64,000 nt of DNA from Nanobdellota archaeon (GTDB taxonomy: Archaea; Nanobdellota; Nanobdellia; Pacearchaeales; GW2011-AR1), in the NCBI GenBank assembly GCA_030647965.1, contig JAUSIT010000016.1, positions 8,429 to 72,428 of the forward strand. The letters run 5' to 3'. Each line of letters starts with the position of its first letter. The first letter of the stretch is position 1. Of the stretch, positions 30,540 through 39,778 are shown one piece after another. The notes beneath the pieces were generated by a model, which saw only the letters and a list, made by a program, of their open reading frames with translations, was not told where the DNA came from and searched no databases. The translations under genes were made by a program, and so were the position numbers.

Positions 30540-30824
30540 TTGAATAAAATGAACAAGGCAAAAGGCTATGAAGCAATAGGGATAGAACTTGAGGATTTTC
30601 TTAAAAGATATAAACCTAATCATTGGAAAGAACCTTTAGGCAGTGTTTTTATAATTGATTCTGTTATGCCAAAAACGGCAAAAGAATTTGTTGCATCTTT
30701 TCAAAATGGAACATTGCCTGAAACACTAAAAAAGCAGGAAGGTTTTTTTGATAATCCTAATGTTGCACAAGCAGTAAAAGAATTTTTTGACAAAGGAGAT
30801 TATAAAAAATATTTGAAAGAATAA
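30540..30824 (+). CDS. hypothetical protein
   Basis: 94 aa ORF. Confidence 0.45.
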   Translation: MNKMNKAKGYEAIGIELEDFLKRYKPNHWKEPLGSVFIIDSVMPKTAKEFVASFQNGTLPETLKKQEGFFDNPNVAQAVKEFFDKGDYKKYLKE

Positions 30825-30835
30825 TTTAAACAAAT

Positions 30836-31048
30836 TTATTCTGATTTCTTTAGGCTGTCAACAGGCATTATTATGTAACCATAACTTATTGGTTTAATAT
30901 TTGGAGAATAGCAAGAATCAATTAGTGCAGTTTTTTCCTGAACTTTATAAGGATATGGGATTAATCCTTCTTCTGAAGAATTGCCCGTAGGATTATTACA
31001 TGCAAATAATACTGGCAAAACTAAAATAGCTAATAATGATTTTTTCAT
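30836..31048 (-). CDS. small putative lipoprotein
   Basis: MKKSLLAILVLPVLFAC lipobox. Confidence 0.55.
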   Translation of the reverse strand: MKKSLLAILVLPVLFACNNPTGNSSEEGLIPYPYKVQEKTALIDSCYSPNIKPISYGYIIMPVDSLKKSE

Positions 31049-31087
31049 AAATCTATTAATGATCTTAAATTTTTAAAGATTTAGATG

Positions 31088-31621
31088 CTATTGCAATAAT
31101 CTAATTAATTTTTCAGATATTAGCAGACTATCTCGATAACTATCTTGAGATTTATATACTAGATCATTAAAACCTGCGTCTCTTAGCATTTGATTCATAG
31201 TACTGCTTGACGGATCTGCTGATTCTCCACTTGAACAACCTGTGTAAGCCACCATAATTAAATCTGAATCTAAATCTCTTATTTTTTTTATTAGATCAAA
31301 ACTCGGTTGATATATTCTTTTTCTAATTGCATTGCTTTCCATACTCTTTACTTCATCTGAATCTAAAAAATCTTTATCATAGGGAAAATGGCTTACTAAA
31401 CCCTCGTAGGGTTTGGAATATTTTATTTTGTCAGCAATTAAATCCATAGTACTTTCTCTTAAATTGCTAGATAAATCAATGTTAAAATCTTTAGTTATTG
31501 CATTACTTATTAAATTTCTTCTATTACGAATATCATCTAATAATCTTGTATCTCCCCTTAATCTAAAACGCATAGCTTCTTCAATAGATAATTCTTTATC
31601 TACATATAGTACTGTTTTCAT
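31088..31621 (-). CDS. degenerate receiver (CheY-like) domain protein
   Basis: VLYVD...LIKKIR...IMVAYTG...AGFNDLVYK. Confidence 0.45.
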   Translation of the reverse strand: MKTVLYVDKELSIEEAMRFRLRGDTRLLDDIRNRRNLISNAITKDFNIDLSSNLRESTMDLIADKIKYSKPYEGLVSHFPYDKDFLDSDEVKSMESNAIRKRIYQPSFDLIKKIRDLDSDLIMVAYTGCSSGESADPSSSTMNQMLRDAGFNDLVYKSQDSYRDSLLISEKLIRLLQ

Positions 31622-31687
31622 AAAAAAGATAAATTTATTAGATTTATAATAATTTTCAATATTGAATATATACTAATCTTACTAAAC

Positions 31688-32686
31688 TTAAAACTCCATT
31701 TCTATTCTTAATTCTGTTAAAACTAAAACAAACTTGCTAATCATCATAAAATGTGTTTCAATGCTTTTGCTCTGGTCTTTTAGTTTTTCTTTCATTTTAA
31801 AATGCTCATTATAGATTTTATAATCGTTTTCACCTAATTCTATTGCATTTTCTCTACTAAACTTATAAAATAGATTATAATACATCTCAAAATGTTTTTT
31901 AACCATTTCAATTAGTGGAAGAACGTCTTTTACTGGCTTTTTAGATATTGCAAGATGTTTTCCAATATATTTGAATTCATCTCCAACTAATTCTAAAATA
32001 AATAATGTTGAAAATAATAATCGTTTTTTTCCTTCTGGAAATGAAGCAGATAGTTTTTTTAAAATTCTACAGCAATAATCGACAAATCTATCAACATTTA
32101 AGTCAATTGTATGAATTTCCTTACATAAATTAGAATCATTGATTTCATTTTTATCTATTGCTTCAATTACTCTTTCAAACATCTGTAAAATAACAAGAAA
32201 GACCCTTCTCATTGAGTTTTCAAATTCTTTTACAGTTGGCTCACCCATTTCTTTTACAATACAGTAATCTTTTCCTGTTTCTATAATTCCCATTCCAATA
32301 AATCTATCAACCATCCCCTGAATCATTGCTAAGGCAGGTTTTGAAGGAACTTTTTCTCCTAATTTTGAATAATCAAATTGGGTTGTATAAAAATGATAGG
32401 CATCTTTGTAATCTTTTTTATTTGAATCAAACTTAATTTTTATTTCATCAGAACCAGCCCTATATGCTGATTGGAAAAATCTCCATAATAAAGGTATTGT
32501 AAAATTAGTTATATCTATTTCGGCAATTTTTTCAGGCATATTTTGATGCCCGTTTATGACTAAAGAAGAATCTCTTTCAATTAAATCTATTTCATCCCCT
32601 GCTTTAAGATTTAACTTCTTTACCCATTCAGTTGGCAGAGTTAATGTTAAGGTATTATGGCCTTGTTTTATGATTTTTCGTTTCAT
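31688..32686 (-). CDS. archaeal AbrB-PhoU phosphate uptake regulator
   Basis: MKRKIIKQG..TLTLTLP.EW AbrB domain, AYRAG.DEI, PhoU helices. Confidence 0.85.
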   Translation of the reverse strand: MKRKIIKQGHNTLTLTLPTEWVKKLNLKAGDEIDLIERDSSLVINGHQNMPEKIAEIDITNFTIPLLWRFFQSAYRAGSDEIKIKFDSNKKDYKDAYHFYTTQFDYSKLGEKVPSKPALAMIQGMVDRFIGMGIIETGKDYCIVKEMGEPTVKEFENSMRRVFLVILQMFERVIEAIDKNEINDSNLCKEIHTIDLNVDRFVDYCCRILKKLSASFPEGKKRLLFSTLFILELVGDEFKYIGKHLAISKKPVKDVLPLIEMVKKHFEMYYNLFYKFSRENAIELGENDYKIYNEHFKMKEKLKDQSKSIETHFMMISKFVLVLTELRIEMEF

Positions 32687-32741
32687 TTTGTCTAAATCCT
32701 AACACCTAATGTAAATACCTAATTCAATATATTTAAATGTT

Positions 32742-32796
32742 TTCACAATATATTCACTAGTGAAAGAATGTGAATATATAAAAGAGTATATTCACA
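32742..32796. promoter_or_regulatory. candidate operator in a divergent promoter
   Basis: TGTGAATATA-N8-TATATTCACA perfect inverted repeat (32769-32796); TTCAC repeats 11 bp apart. Confidence 0.45.
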
Positions 32797-32817
32797 ATTG
32801 ATAAAAGATAAATATCC

Positions 32818-33072
32818 TTGAGTCTTGTTTTTATTATGGTTAAAGAATTAGAACAAGAAGCAACATCCAACTTTGTTAAAGAGCAATGCGGATATTGTGA
32901 TCATGTTCTTTTAATTCCAAAAGAAGTTTATAATGAAATTGCCTTGCAAAGAGAAAAAACAGGACATAATATTGGTCTTTCAATGAGGGGCAGATATAAT
33001 GATGCTTATATAAGCAATTGCGGGTATTTTTATTGTAATGACACTTGTTTTACAAGATTTACAGAAGATTAA
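32818..33072 (+). CDS. small Cys-containing hypothetical protein
   Basis: CGYC ... YCNDTC. Confidence 0.45.
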   Translation: MSLVFIMVKELEQEATSNFVKEQCGYCDHVLLIPKEVYNEIALQREKTGHNIGLSMRGRYNDAYISNCGYFYCNDTCFTRFTED

Positions 33073-33212
33073 ATTCTAGTTCTATAAATCGATTAATTTC
33101 TGACATTAGGGCATTTTTCTTTTCACTATTCACACTATTTTTTATTATTAAGATATATTGGAACAAGAAAAATATTGACAAAAGATATAATCAAAATTTT
33201 TTTGTTTTTACT

Positions 33213-34391
33213 ATGCAAACAATAGAAAAATCAGTTATGCCTGCTGAAACAAGAGAAAAATTCCAGTATTTTTTAAATAGGGGACAGACACCATATAATT
33301 ATGAAAAACAATTTTTAAGAGGATATTTAAATCTGGCAATAGAGATTATAAATGAAAAAAATCCAGTGCCTTATGAACTTGAAATCCAACCAACTTCTCA
33401 GTGCAATGCTTTTTGCAATCATTGCTTTGGAAAAAATTCTGCAAAAATTAAAGATAAAATTAATTCAAGAGAAGCCATGGATATAATTGTTAAACGAGTT
33501 CTTGACTTTAAACAAGATGGATATGAAGTTGAAAAAGTAAAATTCTGCGGTTCAACAGGTGAACCTTTAATGAATCCATTTACACCCTATGCTATTAGTG
33601 AATTTTATAATAAAAAATACCTAAGACTTTTTACAAATGGGATAAAATTAGCTGAAAATAAAAATAACATTTACTATCTAAAAATTTTATCAAAAGTAAA
33701 TAATACTATGTTAAGTTTAGATGCAGGAACAACAGAAACATTGCATAAAATAAAACCTGGCTCAAAAAATATTATTCTTGAAGATATTTTAGCAACAATA
33801 AAACCTATAAAAGATTTAGCTCATCAAAAAATAGAATTTGATGTTAGTTATGTTATTACCCAAGATAATTATTCTGAAATTATTGAAGCAACAAAAAAAG
33901 TAAAAGAAGCAGGAGCTGATTTAATTAGATTTAGAATTGATTTAACAGATAGGCTTGTTTCAGAGCAACATAGTGATGAAATTATAAATAAACTTAATAT
34001 TGCAAAAGAATATGGGGATGAAAATTTTAAAGTTATTCCAATTCATAGTGATAAGGAAATATGTGAAACAGATGACAATCACTTTAGTTCAAGATGTTCC
34101 AAATTAAAATGTTTTACTTCAAAATTATGGACTTGTATTGGCTCTGACGGAAATTTATATCCTTGTGGGCATATGGTTGATGCAAATGTAGAAAAATATG
34201 GTAATATTTTTATCCAAAATCTTAATGAAATTTGGAATAGTCAAAGAAAAAAAGAACTAAATAATAAACTTCCATTAGAAACATGCCATACTTGCTCACC
34301 ATTTTCATTAAGAATAAATGAGTTTATGACTTTTCTTTCAGAATTGCCTAAAAAAGAAGCACAACAATTAGTTCAAGGAGTTAAAAAATGA
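33213..34391 (+). CDS. radical SAM/SPASM protein
   Basis: CNAFCNHC, GEP, FTNG, C-terminal C...DGNLYPC...CHTC; start moved to MQTIEK. Confidence 0.88.
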   Translation: MQTIEKSVMPAETREKFQYFLNRGQTPYNYEKQFLRGYLNLAIEIINEKNPVPYELEIQPTSQCNAFCNHCFGKNSAKIKDKINSREAMDIIVKRVLDFKQDGYEVEKVKFCGSTGEPLMNPFTPYAISEFYNKKYLRLFTNGIKLAENKNNIYYLKILSKVNNTMLSLDAGTTETLHKIKPGSKNIILEDILATIKPIKDLAHQKIEFDVSYVITQDNYSEIIEATKKVKEAGADLIRFRIDLTDRLVSEQHSDEIINKLNIAKEYGDENFKVIPIHSDKEICETDDNHFSSRCSKLKCFTSKLWTCIGSDGNLYPCGHMVDANVEKYGNIFIQNLNEIWNSQRKKELNNKLPLETCHTCSPFSLRINEFMTFLSELPKKEAQQLVQGVKK

Positions 34392-34960
34392 ATGAGCCAA
34401 CAAAATGTTCTGGAAAATATTCAGTATGGATAATGCCTGAAAAGAAAATTTATGATAAATTTTCAAATTTAATTTATCAACTAAGCCAAAAATATGATTT
34501 TCCATTTTTTGAACCGCATATTACATTAATTGGAAAATTATCTGGAGAAAAAAAAGATTTAATTGAAAAAACTAGTAGATTAACATCTTCTGTTAATCTT
34601 GAAACAATTAAACTTAATTATATTGATAGAGTTTTTGATGATTATTTTCGTTCTGTTTTTATAAGAGCACAAAAAACAATAAATATCCTAGACGTTAATA
34701 TTAAGGCTAAAGAAATTTTTAATCAAGGTGATCCAAAAAGATATTTTCCTTTTTATCAGCCTCATTTAAGTTTGGCTTATGGGAATTTTTCACCAAAAAT
34801 AAAAGAAAGGATTGTTTCAGATATATTAAAAGAATTTAATATAACTTCAAAAACAGATTTTAATTTAGATTTAAAATTTGAAGCAGATAAAATTTGTTTA
34901 TATTCGACTGAAGGAAAAGTTGAAAATTGGTATAACTCCGGAGGTTTTTCTTTAAAATGA
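34388..34960 (+). CDS. 2H phosphoesterase (cyclic phosphodiesterase-like)
   Basis: two HxT/S motifs: PHITL and PHLSL. Confidence 0.85.
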   Translation: MNEPTKCSGKYSVWIMPEKKIYDKFSNLIYQLSQKYDFPFFEPHITLIGKLSGEKKDLIEKTSRLTSSVNLETIKLNYIDRVFDDYFRSVFIRAQKTINILDVNIKAKEIFNQGDPKRYFPFYQPHLSLAYGNFSPKIKERIVSDILKEFNITSKTDFNLDLKFEADKICLYSTEGKVENWYNSGGFSLK

Positions 34961-35505
34961 AAAAACATTGTGTCCGATTGTATGAATTAAGTTACCCTAT
35001 TCAGAGACATGATCAGATAAGACCTGAGAATATTGGAAAAGATAAAAAATATTATGACGAACTTCAATATTTTGAACAGTATATGGAAACTCTTAAAAAA
35101 AATAATATTGATTTAAAAACTTTAAACCCTAGAGATCCTAATCTTGCCCCAGAAGAAGTGGCTGTTGCATTTTATAATCATGAAGCATCAGAAATCTTTA
35201 GAAATGATAATGATTTAGAATGGGTAGTTAAAATTTTTAAACCAAACTCTAAATTTAATGTATTGGTCGATAGATGGTCTGGTTATGATGAATTTTATGA
35301 TTCTGTAACAGAACTAGAATCTGAAAATTTAAAAGTAATTTACACATATTCATCAGTCTATTTTGGCAGTGAAACAAATCAAATTTTAGAGATAAACAAT
35401 AAAAAAAACGCAGAAAATACTTTAATTTGTGTTGAAAATAGAAATTCTCATATTAATAATGAAAAAATAAATGATTTAATCTTATATATTGACAAAAATG
35501 CTTAA
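34957..35505 (+). CDS. hypothetical protein
   Basis: ORF coupled to the previous gene. Confidence 0.55.
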   Translation: MKKHCVRLYELSYPIQRHDQIRPENIGKDKKYYDELQYFEQYMETLKKNNIDLKTLNPRDPNLAPEEVAVAFYNHEASEIFRNDNDLEWVVKIFKPNSKFNVLVDRWSGYDEFYDSVTELESENLKVIYTYSSVYFGSETNQILEINNKKNAENTLICVENRNSHINNEKINDLILYIDKNA

Positions 35506-36334
35506 TAAAAAACTTACTAATTTTCTTAGAACATCTTTGTTGGCAGGAATGTTAACGTTTTCTTTTGGAAATACACAGGCTCAAACAAATGAAAGATTTT
35601 TTGATGCAAAACTTGGGTTAAATTATGAATCTTCTATACTAAGAAAAATAGAAAATGTTCCATTAGAAATAAGAACAGTTGATAAAAAAAATTCAGATCA
35701 AATTATAAATGGAAATGTTGCAGGAGAGAAAAATTATGAATTTCCTGATTTTTTACCAATTATTAGTTTAAGAGCAGGAAATAAAACTACTTTATCAGAT
35801 AATTTAAACCTAAATTTAGGTGTTGGTCTTGAAACAGGCCTTTCTATTATGGCTATGGGGGATGAAGAAGAAACTTCAAATGCAGCATATAAAAGAGCGT
35901 GTGAATGGCCTATTTATGATTCTCCTAGATATGAGATATATCCTGCATTTATACATCAATCAAATAAATGGGTAAAACCAAGTATTTTTTCAGAATTAGA
36001 AATAAATGTTAAAAAAAATCCTTTTGATTTAAAAGATTTACATTTAATTTTAGGGTATAGGGTATATCCTGAAAAAATAATTGCTACAAATGGATGGAAT
36101 GATGGAACAAAAACAGATATAATGAAAAAATATGAATTATCAAATCTTTTAGTTGGCGGGCCATATATTACATTTACTACAGATACAAAAGATAAAAAAG
36201 AGATAACGATTTATCTTAATGCAGGATTAAATCATTTAATAAGTAATAAGCCAAAGGATTTTGGAAATAAAGCAGATTTTGCTTTTAGAAAAGCTAGTTT
36301 ATTTATGGGTATGGGAATGTATGTAAGATTTTAA
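35498..36334 (+). CDS. secreted protein with beta-barrel-like pattern
   Basis: signal peptide ending AQA, alternating hydrophobic strands, C-terminal GMGMYVRF. Confidence 0.55.
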   Translation: MLNKKLTNFLRTSLLAGMLTFSFGNTQAQTNERFFDAKLGLNYESSILRKIENVPLEIRTVDKKNSDQIINGNVAGEKNYEFPDFLPIISLRAGNKTTLSDNLNLNLGVGLETGLSIMAMGDEEETSNAAYKRACEWPIYDSPRYEIYPAFIHQSNKWVKPSIFSELEINVKKNPFDLKDLHLILGYRVYPEKIIATNGWNDGTKTDIMKKYELSNLLVGGPYITFTTDTKDKKEITIYLNAGLNHLISNKPKDFGNKADFAFRKASLFMGMGMYVRF

Positions 36335-36388
36335 GATTTTAAGATTTTAATTCTTTAAACTTATAAATGCTGATTACTAAACCATTAT

Positions 36389-37552
36389 ATGAAATCCTCA
36401 AATGCATTTACAATAACTGCTAAAGACAAAAAAACAAAAGCAAGAGCAGGAATTTTGCATACAAGAAAAGGAAAAATTGAAACACCTTTTTTTATGCCTG
36501 TTGCAACTAAAACTGCTGTTAAGCATATATCTCCTGAAGACTTACATGAAATGAAAGCAAAAGCAATAATCTCAAATGCATTAATTTTATTTTTAAGGCC
36601 TGGTTCTGATATAATTAAAAAAATGGGGGGAATTGGAAAATTTATGAATTACAAAGGAATTAATGTAACTGATTCTGGGGGTTTTCAAATGTATTCTGAA
36701 AAATTTTTAATTAAAACAGAAGAAAATGGAGTTTGGTTTAATAGTCCTTTTGACGGTACAAAGCATTTTATAACTCCTGAAAAAAATATGCAAATTCAGT
36801 TAGATTTGGGAGGGGATGTTGCAATGTGCTTAGATAATATGCCTTTAATGGAAAATACAAAGGGAGAAATTGAAGAAGCAATAAGAAAAACATTTAATTG
36901 GGCTCAAAAATGCAAAAAAGAACATGATAAACTTCAAAAAAATATTCCTAAAGGAAAAAAACAATTGCTTTTTGGGATTTGCCAGGGTGGAATTTATGAA
37001 GATTTAAGAAAAACTTCTGCAACAGAAATGTCTCAGATTGATTTTGATGGATTTTCTATTGGAGGACTTGCACTTGGAGAGGAAAAAAAAGATGAATATA
37101 AAATGATTGAAATACAAAAACAAATACTTCCTGAAAATAAGCCATGTTATTTAATGGGTGCAGGAAATCCTATTGAACTTTTAGAAGCAATTTCAAGAGG
37201 AATTGATATGTTTGATTCAAGATTTCCAACTCAAAATGCAAGAAGAGGAACTATTTTTACAAGCAAAGGAAAATTAAAAATTTTAAGAAAAGAGTATAAA
37301 ACAGATAAAAATCCATTAGATAAAGGGTGCAAGTGTTTTGTATGCAAAAATCATTCAAGAGCATATATTAGGCATTTATTATTAAGAGAAGAAGCAACAG
37401 GAATGAGATTAGCAACATTTCATAATCTATATTTCTTGCAAAACTTAATGGAAAAGTCGAGAGCTGAAATTAAAAAGGGGAAGTTTTTGGAATTCAAGAA
37501 TAAAATGAAGAAGATTTATCAAAAAAATAATATACCTTCGCCTGCTTTATAG
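36389..37552 (+). CDS. tgt: tRNA-guanine transglycosylase (bacterial-type length)
   Basis: TPFFMPVAT, DSGGFQ, QGG, YLMG, DMFD, CKCFVC...HN Zn site. Confidence 0.92.
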   Translation: MKSSNAFTITAKDKKTKARAGILHTRKGKIETPFFMPVATKTAVKHISPEDLHEMKAKAIISNALILFLRPGSDIIKKMGGIGKFMNYKGINVTDSGGFQMYSEKFLIKTEENGVWFNSPFDGTKHFITPEKNMQIQLDLGGDVAMCLDNMPLMENTKGEIEEAIRKTFNWAQKCKKEHDKLQKNIPKGKKQLLFGICQGGIYEDLRKTSATEMSQIDFDGFSIGGLALGEEKKDEYKMIEIQKQILPENKPCYLMGAGNPIELLEAISRGIDMFDSRFPTQNARRGTIFTSKGKLKILRKEYKTDKNPLDKGCKCFVCKNHSRAYIRHLLLREEATGMRLATFHNLYFLQNLMEKSRAEIKKGKFLEFKNKMKKIYQKNNIPSPAL

Positions 37553-37601
37553 AATTATATTATTTTTAGGATGCCCAAAACTTAATAAGTTAAATTAGCA
37601 T
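37520..37601 (-). mobile_element. AT-flanked hairpin insertion element overlapping the tgt 3' end
   Basis: reverse strand AT|GCTAA...GGGCATCCTAAAAATAATATA...TATATTATTTTTTTG|AT; removal gives ...KIYVL-stop. Confidence 0.65.
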
Positions 37602-37658
37602 GTATTATAAATAAAACTCCAAGTTTATGGACATGAATCAAAAGGCCTTAGATAATAA

Positions 37659-38411
37659 ATGATAAAAGAGAATATTCTTAAAATAAAATCTGAAATTCCT
37701 GAAAATATTAAAATTATTGCTGCAACTAAAACAAGAAGCATAGATGAAATAAAAGAAGCTCTTTATTCTGTGATAAAAATAATAGGGGAAAATTATGTTC
37801 AAGAAGCAGAAGCAAAGTTTAATTTTTTGAAAGAATTGAAAAAAACTGCTGATGTTCGAAATGTAGTTCAAATTGCTTCCCAAGAAGAGATACATTTCGG
37901 AGCATCCCAAAAACCTAATAAACCGGAGGGTTTTTCTGATTTTGAAATTCATTTAATAGGTCATTTACAAAGAAACAAAACAAAAAAAGCTGTTGAAATT
38001 TTTGATTTAATCCAGACAGTTGATTCTATGGAAATTGCAAGAGAAATTGATAAGAGATGTTCTGAAATAAATAAGATAATGCCTGTTTTAATTGAAATAA
38101 ATATTGCCAAAGAAGAAAATAAAACCGGCTGTATGCCTGAAAATGTTTTTAAATTAGCAGAAGAAATTTCCAAGCTTAAAAATATTAAATTAAGAGGAAT
38201 TATGGCAATAGGGCCAAATTTTGATGACAAAGAAAAACTAAGACCTTATTTTAATGAAGCTAAAGAGATATTTGAAGAGTTAAAAAAAACAAATAAAGAA
38301 ATTGAAATTTTATCAATAGGAATGTCTGATTCTTGCAAGATTGCAATTGAATGCGGTTCTAATATGGTTAGAATTGGAACTTCTATTTTTGGGGAAAGGA
38401 TCCCTAAATAA
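37659..38411 (+). CDS. yggS: PLP-binding protein YggS/PROSC with a 29 aa in-frame insertion
   Basis: AATK, GENYVQE, HLIGHLQRNK, GMS.S, MVRIGTSIFG. Confidence 0.93.
   Translation: MIKENILKIKSEIPENIKIIAATKTRSIDEIKEALYSVIKIIGENYVQEAEAKFNFLKELKKTADVRNVVQIASQEEIHFGASQKPNKPEGFSDFEIHLIGHLQRNKTKKAVEIFDLIQTVDSMEIAREIDKRCSEINKIMPVLIEINIAKEENKTGCMPENVFKLAEEISKLKNIKLRGIMAIGPNFDDKEKLRPYFNEAKEIFEELKKTNKEIEILSIGMSDSCKIAIECGSNMVRIGTSIFGERIPK
37854..37940 (+). mobile_element. AT-flanked hairpin insertion element (copy in yggS)
   Basis: AT|GTTCGAAATGTA...TACATTTCGGAGCATCCCAAAAAC...GTTTTTCTG|AT; 87 bp; removal gives KTADFEIHLIGHLQ. Confidence 0.8.
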
Positions 38412-38475
38412 ATAGTGTAACTCTCTAGTGGTTAAAAAACATAAAGTTTATAAATAATAGGATTAATTTAATCAG

Positions 38476-39267
38476 ATGACATATAATTCATTATTTGATA
38501 AAATCCTAAAAGGAGATCCTTCATTTAGAAAAGATCTTGTACAACAACAATATTTTGGAAGCTTGGAAAATGTTTTATCGGAAATAGAAGAAAATTTAAT
38601 TTCAAGTAAACCATATAATATTAATTTAGCATTACACCCCCCAAGAATAATAAGGGCAGTAATAGATTATAAAATTGAAAATCCTTTTCAAAAAGAGCCA
38701 GAAATTCTTTTAAGAGAAGCTATACAATTAGGATTAGATGTTTACAAAGGAAATTCTAATGTTATTGAAGAAATTAAGCAATTAAAAGAAAATATTGAAA
38801 AAAATAATGATGAGCTTTTAAAAAAAACACTTGAACAACCCATAGATAAACTTAGCTGGGATGCAACTAATCCTAAACTATCAAAAAGAACTGCAGATGA
38901 ACTAATAAAAGAAACAAAAGGGCAAGAAATTTTGTATATTGCTCTTGCACATGGAGGAATTGCTGCAGGAATGGACAGTTTTTTAAGATATTGTGATAAA
39001 ACTAATAATTATGATTCTTCTTTTTATGTTTCAAGATTTTCAATGCAAAAATTAAAAGATCTAAAACCGCAATTAACCAATACTGAAATAGAATATTTAC
39101 AAAAATTAGCGATTAGAAAAAGAGTAGTTATTTTTGATGAAGATTCGTATTCTGGAACAACATTAGATGAAGCAAATTATTTTTTTAAAACAGAAGTTTT
39201 TCCAAATAAAACAATAATTAATGCAGTTAATTCTGACGCAAGAATTAATAACATTAAATTCCTATAA
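38476..39267 (+). CDS. phosphoribosyltransferase-like protein
   Basis: IALAHGG and PRPP-binding VVIFDEDSYSGTT. Confidence 0.65.
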   Translation: MTYNSLFDKILKGDPSFRKDLVQQQYFGSLENVLSEIEENLISSKPYNINLALHPPRIIRAVIDYKIENPFQKEPEILLREAIQLGLDVYKGNSNVIEEIKQLKENIEKNNDELLKKTLEQPIDKLSWDATNPKLSKRTADELIKETKGQEILYIALAHGGIAAGMDSFLRYCDKTNNYDSSFYVSRFSMQKLKDLKPQLTNTEIEYLQKLAIRKRVVIFDEDSYSGTTLDEANYFFKTEVFPNKTIINAVNSDARINNIKFL

Positions 39268-39358
39268 TTTAAAAAAATAAAGAAATTGCTTAAAATCTAA
39301 ATTCCAGCAATTTCTGTCTTTCTAATTTAAAAATAAAAAATAAAATTTATTTATTTAC

Positions 39359-39694
39359 TTATTTCTTTTTACTTGAAGAAGGTCTTATATCTTTTTCAGC
39401 AAATTCAACTTCTATACCGCCAATTTGTTTAGCAAAAAGATTGTAGATTACACTCATTACAATTCCTGCAATAAAATATAATACTCCCATTAAAATAGGC
39501 ATTATAATTAATGCTGCCCAACCCATTGTGGAATATGCAGTATAATCTGCTCCGAGTGCTGTAGCATATGTTGGGGAATTATACATTGTAGAAATTACTC
39601 CAATCATAACTCCAACTACAAAGCCATATAAAACTCCAAATAATCCTGAAATTTTAGCTATAGACAAAGATCCTAATTTTTTTATTTCTTGCAT
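39359..39694 (-). CDS. membrane protein (DUF3566-like)
   Basis: LSIAKI...YNLFAKQIGGIEVE. Confidence 0.65.
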   Translation of the reverse strand: MQEIKKLGSLSIAKISGLFGVLYGFVVGVMIGVISTMYNSPTYATALGADYTAYSTMGWAALIIMPILMGVLYFIAGIVMSVIYNLFAKQIGGIEVEFAEKDIRPSSSKKK

Positions 39695-39778
39695 TTTAAC
39701 CTCCTTTTATCTTTTATATACTAGAAAAAAAGATTATTTAAAGGTTTTTGAATTATTAATTAAACTATCTAACTTAGC

